Shown here: one piece after another, positions 48,305 through 56,852 of the stretch | Position numbering within the stretch: position 1 is the first letter of the stretch | How the letters are laid out: every line of letters starts with the position of its first letter | Assembly (NCBI GenBank): GCA_943787795.1 | Contig: CALSNU010000001.1 | Location: forward strand, 320,001 to 384,000 | Direction: 5' to 3' | From: an uncultured bacterium | GTDB lineage: Bacteria > Planctomycetota > UBA1135 > GCA-002686595 | DNA length: 64,000 nucleotides | Notes under the pieces: model-generated | What the model was told of the DNA's origin: nothing | Databases searched by the model: none | What the model saw: the letters and a program-made list of their open reading frames with translations, nothing else | Translations under genes and position numbers: made by a program

Positions 48305-50761
48305 ATGACGAACCAAGACGTTCAGGCCTCCAGCTTCGACGCCCCCGGAGATTCCGGCGGTGATGGACAGTTCGGAGAGTCGGACCTCTCCCTCCGCGGC
48401 CTCTTTGTCACCGCCTGGAGGGGGCGGTGGATCCTGCTCATCGCGACGGGGCTTGGGCTCGCCGCCGGCATCAAGCAGGTTGAGAAGGCGGTTGACGTCT
48501 GGAGAGCTCAGGCCACCGTGGTGATCTTGAACGGGAACCGGTCCTCGGAATACGTGGATGGGTTCATCGGAGGCGAGAGCGCGTTCATGAACACTCAGGC
48601 GCAGGTGCTGAAGTCGACCAGCCTCCTCCAGGCGGTCGCAGCACGCCCAGAGGTTGCCTTGGGCGCAACGGTGAGTCGTGCCAGCAACAAGGTGGCATTC
48701 CTTCGCAAGGGGGTCTCGGTGAACCCGGGGACCGGCACCGACATCATGACCGTCTCCATGCGCTCAACGGATGTGGACGAGGCCTGCGTCGTGGTCAACA
48801 CGGTGGTGGAGGAGTACCGGCTGCAGGTCGATCGCCAGGTCGCGTCATCAATCAGCGGCACGCTCAAGGTCTACGAGGAGCAGCGTACGATCCTGATGTC
48901 GGACCTCAAGCAGGCGCGCCTCGAGCGGGATGAGTTCCTCGCGGCCAATTCGATGGTGGCGCTGGACCCGGAGAGCGTGGGGCAGTTCGAGATCGAGCGG
49001 CTCAATCAATTCAGGACTGCGCTAGATGTCGCCGAGCGGAGAGCCTCGGAGCTGGCTGCCCGGGTCGAGGAGGCGGAGCTCTTGCGCGGAGACCTCCAAC
49101 TGCTTCGTGCCTTCGCCGGCGGCGGCTCGGGCGCCACCTCGGGGGCTCCCGTCGAGCCAGAGTTCGTGAAGCTCCTTGAGGATATTGGCGCAGCAGAGGC
49201 GGACTTGGAGCGCCTGAGGGATCAGCGACGTGAGGCCATTCGGGTCATGAAGATGACGCCCAGGCATGAGGCGATCGTCGAACTGGACGGACGCATCGCT
49301 GAGGTCGCGGAGCGCCTGGCCCGGTATGTCGGCGAGAGGGACGGGTCGACCTCCTCTTCGGTCAACAGCAGTGAGCGTGTCGAGAAGATCTTTGGTGTTC
49401 TGCGGGCGCAGGCGAAGGCGGCAGAGGAACAGGTCGTTGAGGAGCAGAGGCGGGTGGATGCTCAGCGCTCGGTGGCTGCGACGGCCGGCGACCTGCAGGC
49501 AGAGTTCCGCAAGCTAGAGGGTGAGGTTCAGCGGGTCCAAGGGATGGTGGATGAGAAGTCCCAGGCGATCCGCAGCATCGATGTCGCGGCGGCACAGAAC
49601 GAGCGGCTCGCAGAGCTCTCCGTGGAGGTACTCGATCCAGCTCTGCCCGCCACCGCGACGCTAATCAGCTCCAAGACCACGCTGCTGGCCCAATATATTC
49701 TCCTAGGCCTGCTGGCTGGCGCCGGCCTGACGTGGCTGCGAGAGGTCCTGGACCAGCGTTTGCGCTCCGAGGCCGACCTCGCCCAGGCGGTCCGTGCGCC
49801 GCTTCTCGGGGTCCTCCCGAGGACCCGGATCGACCATGATTCCCTGGACGCGATCCGCTCCTGGTCCGAGCACGGGCCGCTCGCCGAGGGCGCCCGCGGC
49901 CTCCGGACAGCGGTCTACTTCCGGCTGCCCCCGGAGGCGGGCAAGGTGATTCATGTCACCTCGCCGGAGAAGGGGGACGGCAAGTCCACCACGTCGGCGT
50001 ACCTGGCCATCGCCATGGCCAAGGCTGGACAGTCGGTCATTCTGGTGGACGCAGACCTCCGCTCGCCCAGTCAGCAGCAAGTGTTCGGGCTCAGCAACAA
50101 GGTGGGGCTCTCGGATCTGCTCTCTGACGCCCGAGCGCTCCTCCCTGGCCTGATCCAGAAGACCGAGCTGGGGGGGCTGGAGATCATCACGACGGGGCCG
50201 ATCCCCTCTTCGCCTGCGGAGATGCTCAACAGCCGCCGTTTCGAGGAGATCCTCGCGGCCCTGGCGGAGGAGTACGACCGGGTCATCGTGGACTCGCCGC
50301 CGGCGCTGGCAGTGACGGACGCCAGGATCGTCGCCGCACGTTGTGACGCCACGGTCCTCGTGGCTCGGGTGGACAAGTCGAAGCGTGACGTCATCTCCGC
50401 GGCGGCTGACAGCCTCCAGTCCGTCGGAGCCCGCCTGCTTGGCGTGGTGATGAATGCGATGCCCGCGGGCATCGGCTACGGCTACGGCTACGGCTACGGC
50501 TACGGCTACGGCTACGGATATGGTTATGGGTACGGAGAGGAGGCACAACCAAGCGCCGAGCAGCCCCTCCAGGCGTGGCAGGCCTCGGATGGAGCGGGGA
50601 GGTTCGTGAGCGGCCTCGCATCAGAGGGCCGGAAGGGCGGCTCCCCAGCGGACGACGCCACCGATTCCGGGCCGACCGAAGAGGGCAAGCCGGATGGGCC
50701 CCGAAGGGTTGACGTTGCCCCCTCGACCCGGCGTCGAGGATCGAAGGGCGGACCGTCATGA
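48305..50761 (+). CDS. wzc: Wzc-like polysaccharide co-polymerase / BY-kinase
   Basis: Two TM helices flanking a coiled coil; Walker A SPEKGDGKST, VDADLRSP, VIVDSPP; C-terminal (GY)10 tyrosine cluster. Confidence 0.9.
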   Translation: MTNQDVQASSFDAPGDSGGDGQFGESDLSLRGLFVTAWRGRWILLIATGLGLAAGIKQVEKAVDVWRAQATVVILNGNRSSEYVDGFIGGESAFMNTQAQVLKSTSLLQAVAARPEVALGATVSRASNKVAFLRKGVSVNPGTGTDIMTVSMRSTDVDEACVVVNTVVEEYRLQVDRQVASSISGTLKVYEEQRTILMSDLKQARLERDEFLAANSMVALDPESVGQFEIERLNQFRTALDVAERRASELAARVEEAELLRGDLQLLRAFAGGGSGATSGAPVEPEFVKLLEDIGAAEADLERLRDQRREAIRVMKMTPRHEAIVELDGRIAEVAERLARYVGERDGSTSSSVNSSERVEKIFGVLRAQAKAAEEQVVEEQRRVDAQRSVAATAGDLQAEFRKLEGEVQRVQGMVDEKSQAIRSIDVAAAQNERLAELSVEVLDPALPATATLISSKTTLLAQYILLGLLAGAGLTWLREVLDQRLRSEADLAQAVRAPLLGVLPRTRIDHDSLDAIRSWSEHGPLAEGARGLRTAVYFRLPPEAGKVIHVTSPEKGDGKSTTSAYLAIAMAKAGQSVILVDADLRSPSQQQVFGLSNKVGLSDLLSDARALLPGLIQKTELGGLEIITTGPIPSSPAEMLNSRRFEEILAALAEEYDRVIVDSPPALAVTDARIVAARCDATVLVARVDKSKRDVISAAADSLQSVGARLLGVVMNAMPAGIGYGYGYGYGYGYGYGYGYGYGEEAQPSAEQPLQAWQASDGAGRFVSGLASEGRKGGSPADDATDSGPTEEGKPDGPRRVDVAPSTRRRGSKGGPS

Positions 50762-50837
50762 TCTCTCCCCGAGCGATGTGTTCCCGCTGACACGCCTCCC
50801 CCTCCGCTGAACCACCCGCAGCTGCCTCCTGCCAATC

Positions 50838-52343
50838 ATGTCGCTCTTCCTTGCCCTCCCGGTCTTCGCCTTCATCGCGGCGCTCCTGTTGACGCCGGTG
50901 ACGAGTCTGGTCGCGCGTCGGTACGGCTGGGTCGATCATCCGGGGTTGAGGAAAATCCACCATGAACCGGTGGCGTACCTCGGTGGAGCCGCGGTCATGG
51001 GGGGCTTTCTCTTGACGCTGGCCGCAGCGCCCTGGCTACCGGGCCTCGACCGTCTCGAGATCACGGTGGACCGTCAGCTGCTCGCGATCCTCCTCGGTGG
51101 CCTGATCATGTTCGCGGTCGGCCTGCGGGACGACATCCAGCGCCTCGGCGCTTTGACGAAGCTCGCGGCTCAGTTGGCGGCAGCGGGCCTCGTGCTCCTC
51201 AGCGGCGTCTCCATCGACGGGATCTGGCTCACCGAGTCGACGCGTCTGGACTTCGGGGTGTTCGGCATGGCGCTGACGGTGGTCTGGATCGTGGGGGCCA
51301 CCAACGCCATCAACATTATCGATGGGCTGGACAGCCTCTCGAGCGGCCTTAGCGTCCTCGCCTGCGCCGCCATCTCGTGGGTCGCCTTCCAGCAGGGGCA
51401 GGTCGCGGCCGGGCTCATGACCGTGGCCCTGATGGGGGCAATTGGCGGGTTCATGCCCCACAACCTCCATCCCGCCCGGGTCTTCCTTGGAGACGCCGGG
51501 AGCCTCTCCATCGGGTTTGTCTTGTCGGCAACAGCGGCGCTCGTTGCCTCCAGGGCGACGAGCCTTACGGGCTTCTCCGTCCCGCTCGTGGCACTCGGGA
51601 TTCCGATCATGGATACGAGCTTTGCCATGTCCCGGCGCTTCATCGAAGGGCGCTCGATGATGTCGGCTGACCGCAATCACATTCACCACCGGCTGATCAA
51701 GATCGGGCACGGGCAGCGCAGGGCGGTGGCGACCATCTGCGGCACCTCCCTCCTCGCGATCTCCGTCGTTGTCCTATGTCCGCTCCTTGGGCCCGAGCTG
51801 GAACTGGCTTCGCTCGCGGTCTCCCTCCTGATCCTGGGAGTCTTGTTCAGTAAGGCTGGGGCAATCAGGATCAAGGAGTCGCTGGAGGCGTTCCGCCAGG
51901 TCGCGTCGTCGGCGAGGTCCGTCAATGACGAGAAGCAGGCTCTGGACGAGCTGGCGCTCGCCTTCAAGGAGACGAAGTCTCTCGAGGAGTGGTGGGGCGT
52001 GGTGACCGCGGCGGCTGACGTGCTCGGCTTCGCAGAGCTGGCCATGGAGGGGGAGCGCCGCGACGGAAGTCCTTTCGCGCTCCTCTGGGAGCGGGAGGGC
52101 GAGGACATCGAGTCTGCCCCTCAGGGATTTGTGACGAGGATCCAGATCCCGGTCAATGATCGACGCGAAGGGTCTTGTCTGGTTCTCAAGGCTGCGGTCT
52201 CCCATGACTCGGAGACGGCGACGCTGGGTCGAAGGCTCGCGCTCTTCCACCCCTTCCTCTCGTTCAATGGGCTGGAGCGTCTGCCAGAACCAGAGGGCCC
52301 GGCCAGGTCCGCGGGTCCTGCTCCGAGCTTGGCGAGCCGCTAG
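50838..52343 (+). CDS. WecA/MraY-type (glycosyltransferase family 4) undecaprenyl-phosphate sugar-1-P transferase with C-terminal extension
   Basis: DHPGLRKIH, GLRDD, NAINIIDGLD, VFLGDAGS, ADRNHIHHRL. Confidence 0.9.
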   Translation: MSLFLALPVFAFIAALLLTPVTSLVARRYGWVDHPGLRKIHHEPVAYLGGAAVMGGFLLTLAAAPWLPGLDRLEITVDRQLLAILLGGLIMFAVGLRDDIQRLGALTKLAAQLAAAGLVLLSGVSIDGIWLTESTRLDFGVFGMALTVVWIVGATNAINIIDGLDSLSSGLSVLACAAISWVAFQQGQVAAGLMTVALMGAIGGFMPHNLHPARVFLGDAGSLSIGFVLSATAALVASRATSLTGFSVPLVALGIPIMDTSFAMSRRFIEGRSMMSADRNHIHHRLIKIGHGQRRAVATICGTSLLAISVVVLCPLLGPELELASLAVSLLILGVLFSKAGAIRIKESLEAFRQVASSARSVNDEKQALDELALAFKETKSLEEWWGVVTAAADVLGFAELAMEGERRDGSPFALLWEREGEDIESAPQGFVTRIQIPVNDRREGSCLVLKAAVSHDSETATLGRRLALFHPFLSFNGLERLPEPEGPARSAGPAPSLASR

Positions 52344-52880
52344 GCTTGGTTTAGAGGGGCGGTCCGAAGAATGGTGCGGCTCGAAGTGGGGTGTTTGGGT
52401 CAAGCTGATGGAAGGCGAGATCGGCGTCTGGGGAGTGGTACACCCCCGGAGGCGCGAGCCTGCGCCCCGACGGGGGCGCTCTCATTTCGCTGGCGCCGGC
52501 GAATGAAGAGTCACGGCCCTGGCGGGCACGATGCTCCGACCCCAGAGCAGCCATCGGCTGCGCTGCCTTCCATGTGGACCGTTCCATGCGGGCTCAGAAG
52601 GTCTGGAATGCAGCTGCAGCACTCGTCCTCGAGCTCCATGTTTCGTTCAGCAGTCCCGAAGGGGCTCCGTCGGCCTTCGAGGTCGGGCCGGATGGGGATG
52701 GACCAGGATTCTGAACGCCTTTGGGTGACCATCGGCGGCGGCAGCGCGGACGCCGCATTCCTAGGACGCTTCGTTGCGGCAAGCGAACGGAGCAGACCAA
52801 CCGTCCTCACACCTGACCGTCGATGCGGGCCCCTTCCAATGGCCCGAGTCGAGACCCAGGACGCTCGACCAGGATGGCGG

Positions 52881-53957
52881 TCAGCGGTTGTTGACCCCAG
52901 GCGTGAAGAAGTAACCGATCTGGAGCGTGAAGACCTCTGACGCGAACTTCCGCGTCCAGGTCCCTGCGGTGTGGCCGAGCGAGATCACATCACCGGGCTT
53001 GATGGGGATCGTGATCGCGGTGCGAAGCGCTTCGCCCTTGATCTCGAACGTCGAGGCCAGGATCTCGCCAGTCTCATAATCCTTGCGGAAGATCGTCGCG
53101 TAGGGAGGGGCGGCTACGGGGTCAGGCCCGCCGGCCACCGCGATGGCTTCCAGGAGGTTCAGTTCCTGTTCGGGGGGTATTGGGAAGGCGCCCTGGCCTG
53201 CGACAAGGCCGAGCACGGTGAAGCTGAACGGCTCCCAGCGCTCCACCTCGATACGCTCGCCGCCTTCCAGGGGCATGTCATAGAAAGGGACGTTGAGGCC
53301 TCGGACGGGGAGGCCGACCACCTCCGGCCCGTCGCCTCGGCCTGGACGGTAGACGGTAATTCGCCGGGCGCCGCCGCCTTCGCCCACCAAGATGCCGCCT
53401 GCCGCAGAGAGCGCCGCGGAGAGCGTCAGCTCGTCGCTTCGCAGCCGATGGACGCCCGCGCTACCCACCGCCCCGTATATCGTGATCGAGCTCAGGGTCG
53501 CCTCCTGGACAGAGACCACGATGGACGGGCGTTCGCTCAGGAGCTCGGGGTAGACCTTGTCGGCGATCCGGGCCTCGACCTCCTGGACGGAGAGCCCGGC
53601 GACTTGGGTGGTCCCGGCGAGAGGGACCTCGATGGAGCCTTCCTTCGAGACGCGGGCGAAGTGCTCGAGGCTGGTCTGCGGCAGACCCTCCACGACAGAG
53701 GTGGCCATGGACGGCGGCACCCGGATTACCAGCAGGTCGCCGGGGACCACCGTGTAGACACCCGGGGGCTGAATGGAGTCAATGAGTCTCTGCTCGTCGA
53801 ATTCCGGCTGGATCGGGCCCGCCGCGTTGAACCGCGCGAGGCCCTCGGCGTCGGGGTGGTAGCGGGGTGCACTACACGACGCACCGGCGAGTGCCGTGAC
53901 GATGGCGAGGCATATCGGGATCGATCGACGGTTGCTGGAGCGGGGCAGGGTGCTCAT
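52881..53957 (-). CDS. Polysaccharide export lipoprotein (Wza/SLBB domains)
   Basis: Lipobox GASC; YTVVPGDLL, GSIEVPLAG, GAVGSAGVH, LSAALSAAGG, LLEAIAVAGG, IKPGDVI. Confidence 0.88.
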   Translation of the reverse strand: MSTLPRSSNRRSIPICLAIVTALAGASCSAPRYHPDAEGLARFNAAGPIQPEFDEQRLIDSIQPPGVYTVVPGDLLVIRVPPSMATSVVEGLPQTSLEHFARVSKEGSIEVPLAGTTQVAGLSVQEVEARIADKVYPELLSERPSIVVSVQEATLSSITIYGAVGSAGVHRLRSDELTLSAALSAAGGILVGEGGGARRITVYRPGRGDGPEVVGLPVRGLNVPFYDMPLEGGERIEVERWEPFSFTVLGLVAGQGAFPIPPEQELNLLEAIAVAGGPDPVAAPPYATIFRKDYETGEILASTFEIKGEALRTAITIPIKPGDVISLGHTAGTWTRKFASEVFTLQIGYFFTPGVNNR

Positions 53958-54027
53958 GGGTTCACTCTATCGATTGAAGGCGCGGGCTACAGAGCTGTAA
54001 TTCAGGACGGGCGGGGCAGCTCTCCGC

Positions 54028-56526
54028 TCATCTCGCCCCGTCGGACTCGAGTTGCTCGAGGAGGCGGCTTGCGGCGGTCATCCCGGGGTGGAAGTTGAGG
54101 AGGTCCTTGAGCTCTCGCCGGGCGCCACGGGGGTCTCCCATCTGGACGAGGAGCCTCGCGTAGCTGAGCCGAGTCTTGGACGAGGGATCCAGGCCCAGGA
54201 CCCGGCGGAGCAGCGCGGCAGCCTCCTCGAGGTTGTCGCGAGACGCCTCGATAGCGGCGAGGCGCTGCAGGTCGCTGGCGGCAGCGCTCGGGCGGGCGCA
54301 GGCGGCGACGAGGAGCTCCTCGTAGGCTTCCTGCAGCCGCACTTTGAGCTCGCCGCGCGCCTCGTCGCCTTCGACCACGGCGAGCAGGCGGTCGGTGAGG
54401 ACCAGGTTGCCCTCGACGAATGGGAGGGCCAGCTCGGGCCGGTCCAGGCTGACGGCGAGCAGGTCCACGGCGGAGCTCGCGCCAGCTCCGATGCTCACGG
54501 CCCGTTCGATCTCGGCGACGCCCTCGGCTTCACGGTTCTTCCGCATGAGCTCGAAGGCCGACGCGAGGCACGTCTTGGGATGGTGGGGGGCCAGCTCGCG
54601 CCCACGGATGATCCACTCACCGGCCTCGTCGCTCTGATCGTCCAGCCAGACGCGGCGCAGCTGGCCTGCGACGGACCACGAGGGTCCATGGGTCGGAGCG
54701 ACGAGGAGAAGCTCCTTGAGCTCCTCGAGCATGATGCGTGCCTTTCCGGCCAGTGCCGGGTGGTCGAGGGGATTCACCGGCGGCCCCTCGGGGTCGAAGC
54801 TGCCGGCCTCAGCGACGGCTTGGTTCCAGCCCGCGAGGGCGGATTGGAACCGGTACTCAGCGTTGCCGGGCTCGCCCTCGACCGCGAGTGCGGCGTGTAG
54901 CACGAGGTCTGCGTGCTGCTCGGCGGTGCCAATCCCGCCGCTCTGTTCCATCTCATGCCGGAGCCGCTCCGTGTACGAGAAGTGGTCCCATGCGCTGGTC
55001 TCCCGGGCTGCTCCCGGGACACTCGCCGCGAGGCACACGAGGGCCACGGCGGCCGATCCCAGAGCGTAAAGTCGCCGCGGCAGGCTGGCCGAGGCGCTCT
55101 GCCCAGAGCAGGCCAGGGCAGCGCCAGCGAGCGTCGCGGCAGTGAGGCCGACCGCCGGGATCAAGAGGCCGAAGTCGGTCAACGAATGGAACCCCAACGC
55201 GGAGAGCCCGAACAAGACCCCGAAGACCCCCAGCGCGCTCCGGTTGGACCGGGCTCCCCGAAGGATCGCCAGGGTGAGCAGGCCGAGGAAGGCGAAGCCG
55301 AGCAGGGCACCGGTCAGACCCATCTCGGCGAAGAGTTCGGCGTAGATATTCTCGGCGTGCTCTGCGGTGCCTCGGCGGACGGCTGAATCGAACCCAGGGA
55401 AGGCCAGCGCGAAGGCCCCGAGCCCCGCCCCGGTTGCAGCGAAGGCTGCGCCCATGCTCGCAGAGTCGCGGATCAGCTCGAGTCGAGTGGTCATGTTGCT
55501 CCCCTCGTCAGCGTTCACGGCCTCGAACTTCTCGATGACCGGGTCGACCCCGAGGAACAGAAGCATGGCCGTGGCGGCGAGGCCGGCGGCGGCCATGGAC
55601 CAGCCCACGCCGTCGATCCTCCTGGAGTACTGCATGACCCCCGCTGTGACCGAGGCCGCGAAGACCATGGACATGAGGCCGTTGCGGGACGTCGACAGGA
55701 CGATGGCGACGGTGCCCAGCACGAGGAACAGTCGCAGGGTCTTCTCGCTCCTCGACGCGCGGCGCCCTGGGCCCCCGGTGAGGTCCCGGACGTCCACGGG
55801 GCGGCCCCGTGCGCGCCCGCCAGCTTCGATGAGCAGACACCCGAGGGCGCACCCCAATGCGAGGTTCAAGAACTCGGCGTAGTGGCTGTATGAGGCGAAG
55901 GGCGCGCTCAGGGTCGCGAAGCCTCCGCCGTCGAAGACTCCGTAGATGAGGGGCTCTCCCAGCGCGAAGTGCCCGAGGCCTACGAGGGTCACGACGGATC
56001 CGATCAAGGAGACACCCAGGATGAGCCTCCTGAAGGCCGCGGGATGGCGATAGATCGTCGAGGACACCAGCAGGAGCAGCGCGCCCATGATCAAGAGGTC
56101 CACGCGGATTCCCGTCCCGTTGGGGTAGACGCTCAGCGTCATGGAAGCCGGTTCGGTGCCCGCGGCCTTGTTGGCCTCCGCCCAGGCCTGGCCCGCCGCC
56201 GGGGAGACTTGTTGGACCAGTGCAGCAGGGAGCTCGATGATCTGGGCCAGGGCGAGGGCGACCAGCCCGAAGAAGGGCAGCAACGCCCGAGGCGTACAGA
56301 CCGCCTGGTCGGTCTCGGAGAGGCAGCGAACGGCGAAGCAGGCGCCGATCAGGGCTCCCATGCAGCCCATGACGACCCGGCTCATCGGCATGACACCGCC
56401 GAAGGCGAGCGGCAGGTAGAGGAGCAGGCCGAGGATCAGCGCCTCGATGACCTGGTCGATCCTCGGCGCCGGTGCGGGCTTGCTGCCACGGCGCTGGGCG
56501 GTTGCGTGGTCAGGACGCGGTGTCAT
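54028..56526 (-). CDS. O-antigen ligase / Wzy_C family membrane protein with C-terminal TPR
   Basis: LSTSRNGL, GAGLGAF, HAENIYAELFAEMG, HSLTDF; TPR-like tail. Confidence 0.88.
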   Translation of the reverse strand: MTPRPDHATAQRRGSKPAPAPRIDQVIEALILGLLLYLPLAFGGVMPMSRVVMGCMGALIGACFAVRCLSETDQAVCTPRALLPFFGLVALALAQIIELPAALVQQVSPAAGQAWAEANKAAGTEPASMTLSVYPNGTGIRVDLLIMGALLLLVSSTIYRHPAAFRRLILGVSLIGSVVTLVGLGHFALGEPLIYGVFDGGGFATLSAPFASYSHYAEFLNLALGCALGCLLIEAGGRARGRPVDVRDLTGGPGRRASRSEKTLRLFLVLGTVAIVLSTSRNGLMSMVFAASVTAGVMQYSRRIDGVGWSMAAAGLAATAMLLFLGVDPVIEKFEAVNADEGSNMTTRLELIRDSASMGAAFAATGAGLGAFALAFPGFDSAVRRGTAEHAENIYAELFAEMGLTGALLGFAFLGLLTLAILRGARSNRSALGVFGVLFGLSALGFHSLTDFGLLIPAVGLTAATLAGAALACSGQSASASLPRRLYALGSAAVALVCLAASVPGAARETSAWDHFSYTERLRHEMEQSGGIGTAEQHADLVLHAALAVEGEPGNAEYRFQSALAGWNQAVAEAGSFDPEGPPVNPLDHPALAGKARIMLEELKELLLVAPTHGPSWSVAGQLRRVWLDDQSDEAGEWIIRGRELAPHHPKTCLASAFELMRKNREAEGVAEIERAVSIGAGASSAVDLLAVSLDRPELALPFVEGNLVLTDRLLAVVEGDEARGELKVRLQEAYEELLVAACARPSAAASDLQRLAAIEASRDNLEEAAALLRRVLGLDPSSKTRLSYARLLVQMGDPRGARRELKDLLNFHPGMTAASRLLEQLESDGAR

Positions 56527-56769
56527 GGGAGCAGTGGGGAGGCCGGGGTGCGGTGCAGATCACGGGCGCGACGGACTTGAGGCTGGTAGAGCGCAGGTCC
56601 AGCGCAGGGCGCGCGCCCTGCGGTTGGAGTCGATCGGGAGCACACCCCGTCGCCTGTCTATCGGCTCTCGAAGGTTCCGCGCGTGAATCCTATCCGCGTT
56701 CCAGAGGGGGACGATACGGCACCTGGCGCTTCAGCAGAGAGGGGTTCAACTCGCAAGGAAGTCCGATTA

Positions 56770-56812
56770 GGAAGGAGCGCGCCTCCGGCCATGCCGGGGG
56801 CGCGCTCCTTCC
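56770..56812. terminator. 20-bp inverted-repeat hairpin downstream of the 56853-58916 gene
   Basis: GGAAGGAGCGCGCCTCCGGC-CAT-GCCGGGGGCGCGCTCCTTCC with one non-Watson-Crick position; no clear U-tract. Confidence 0.65.
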
Positions 56813-56852
56813 GGTCGCTCTGGCTCACGGGTGAGCCGAACCGGGACTCAAC

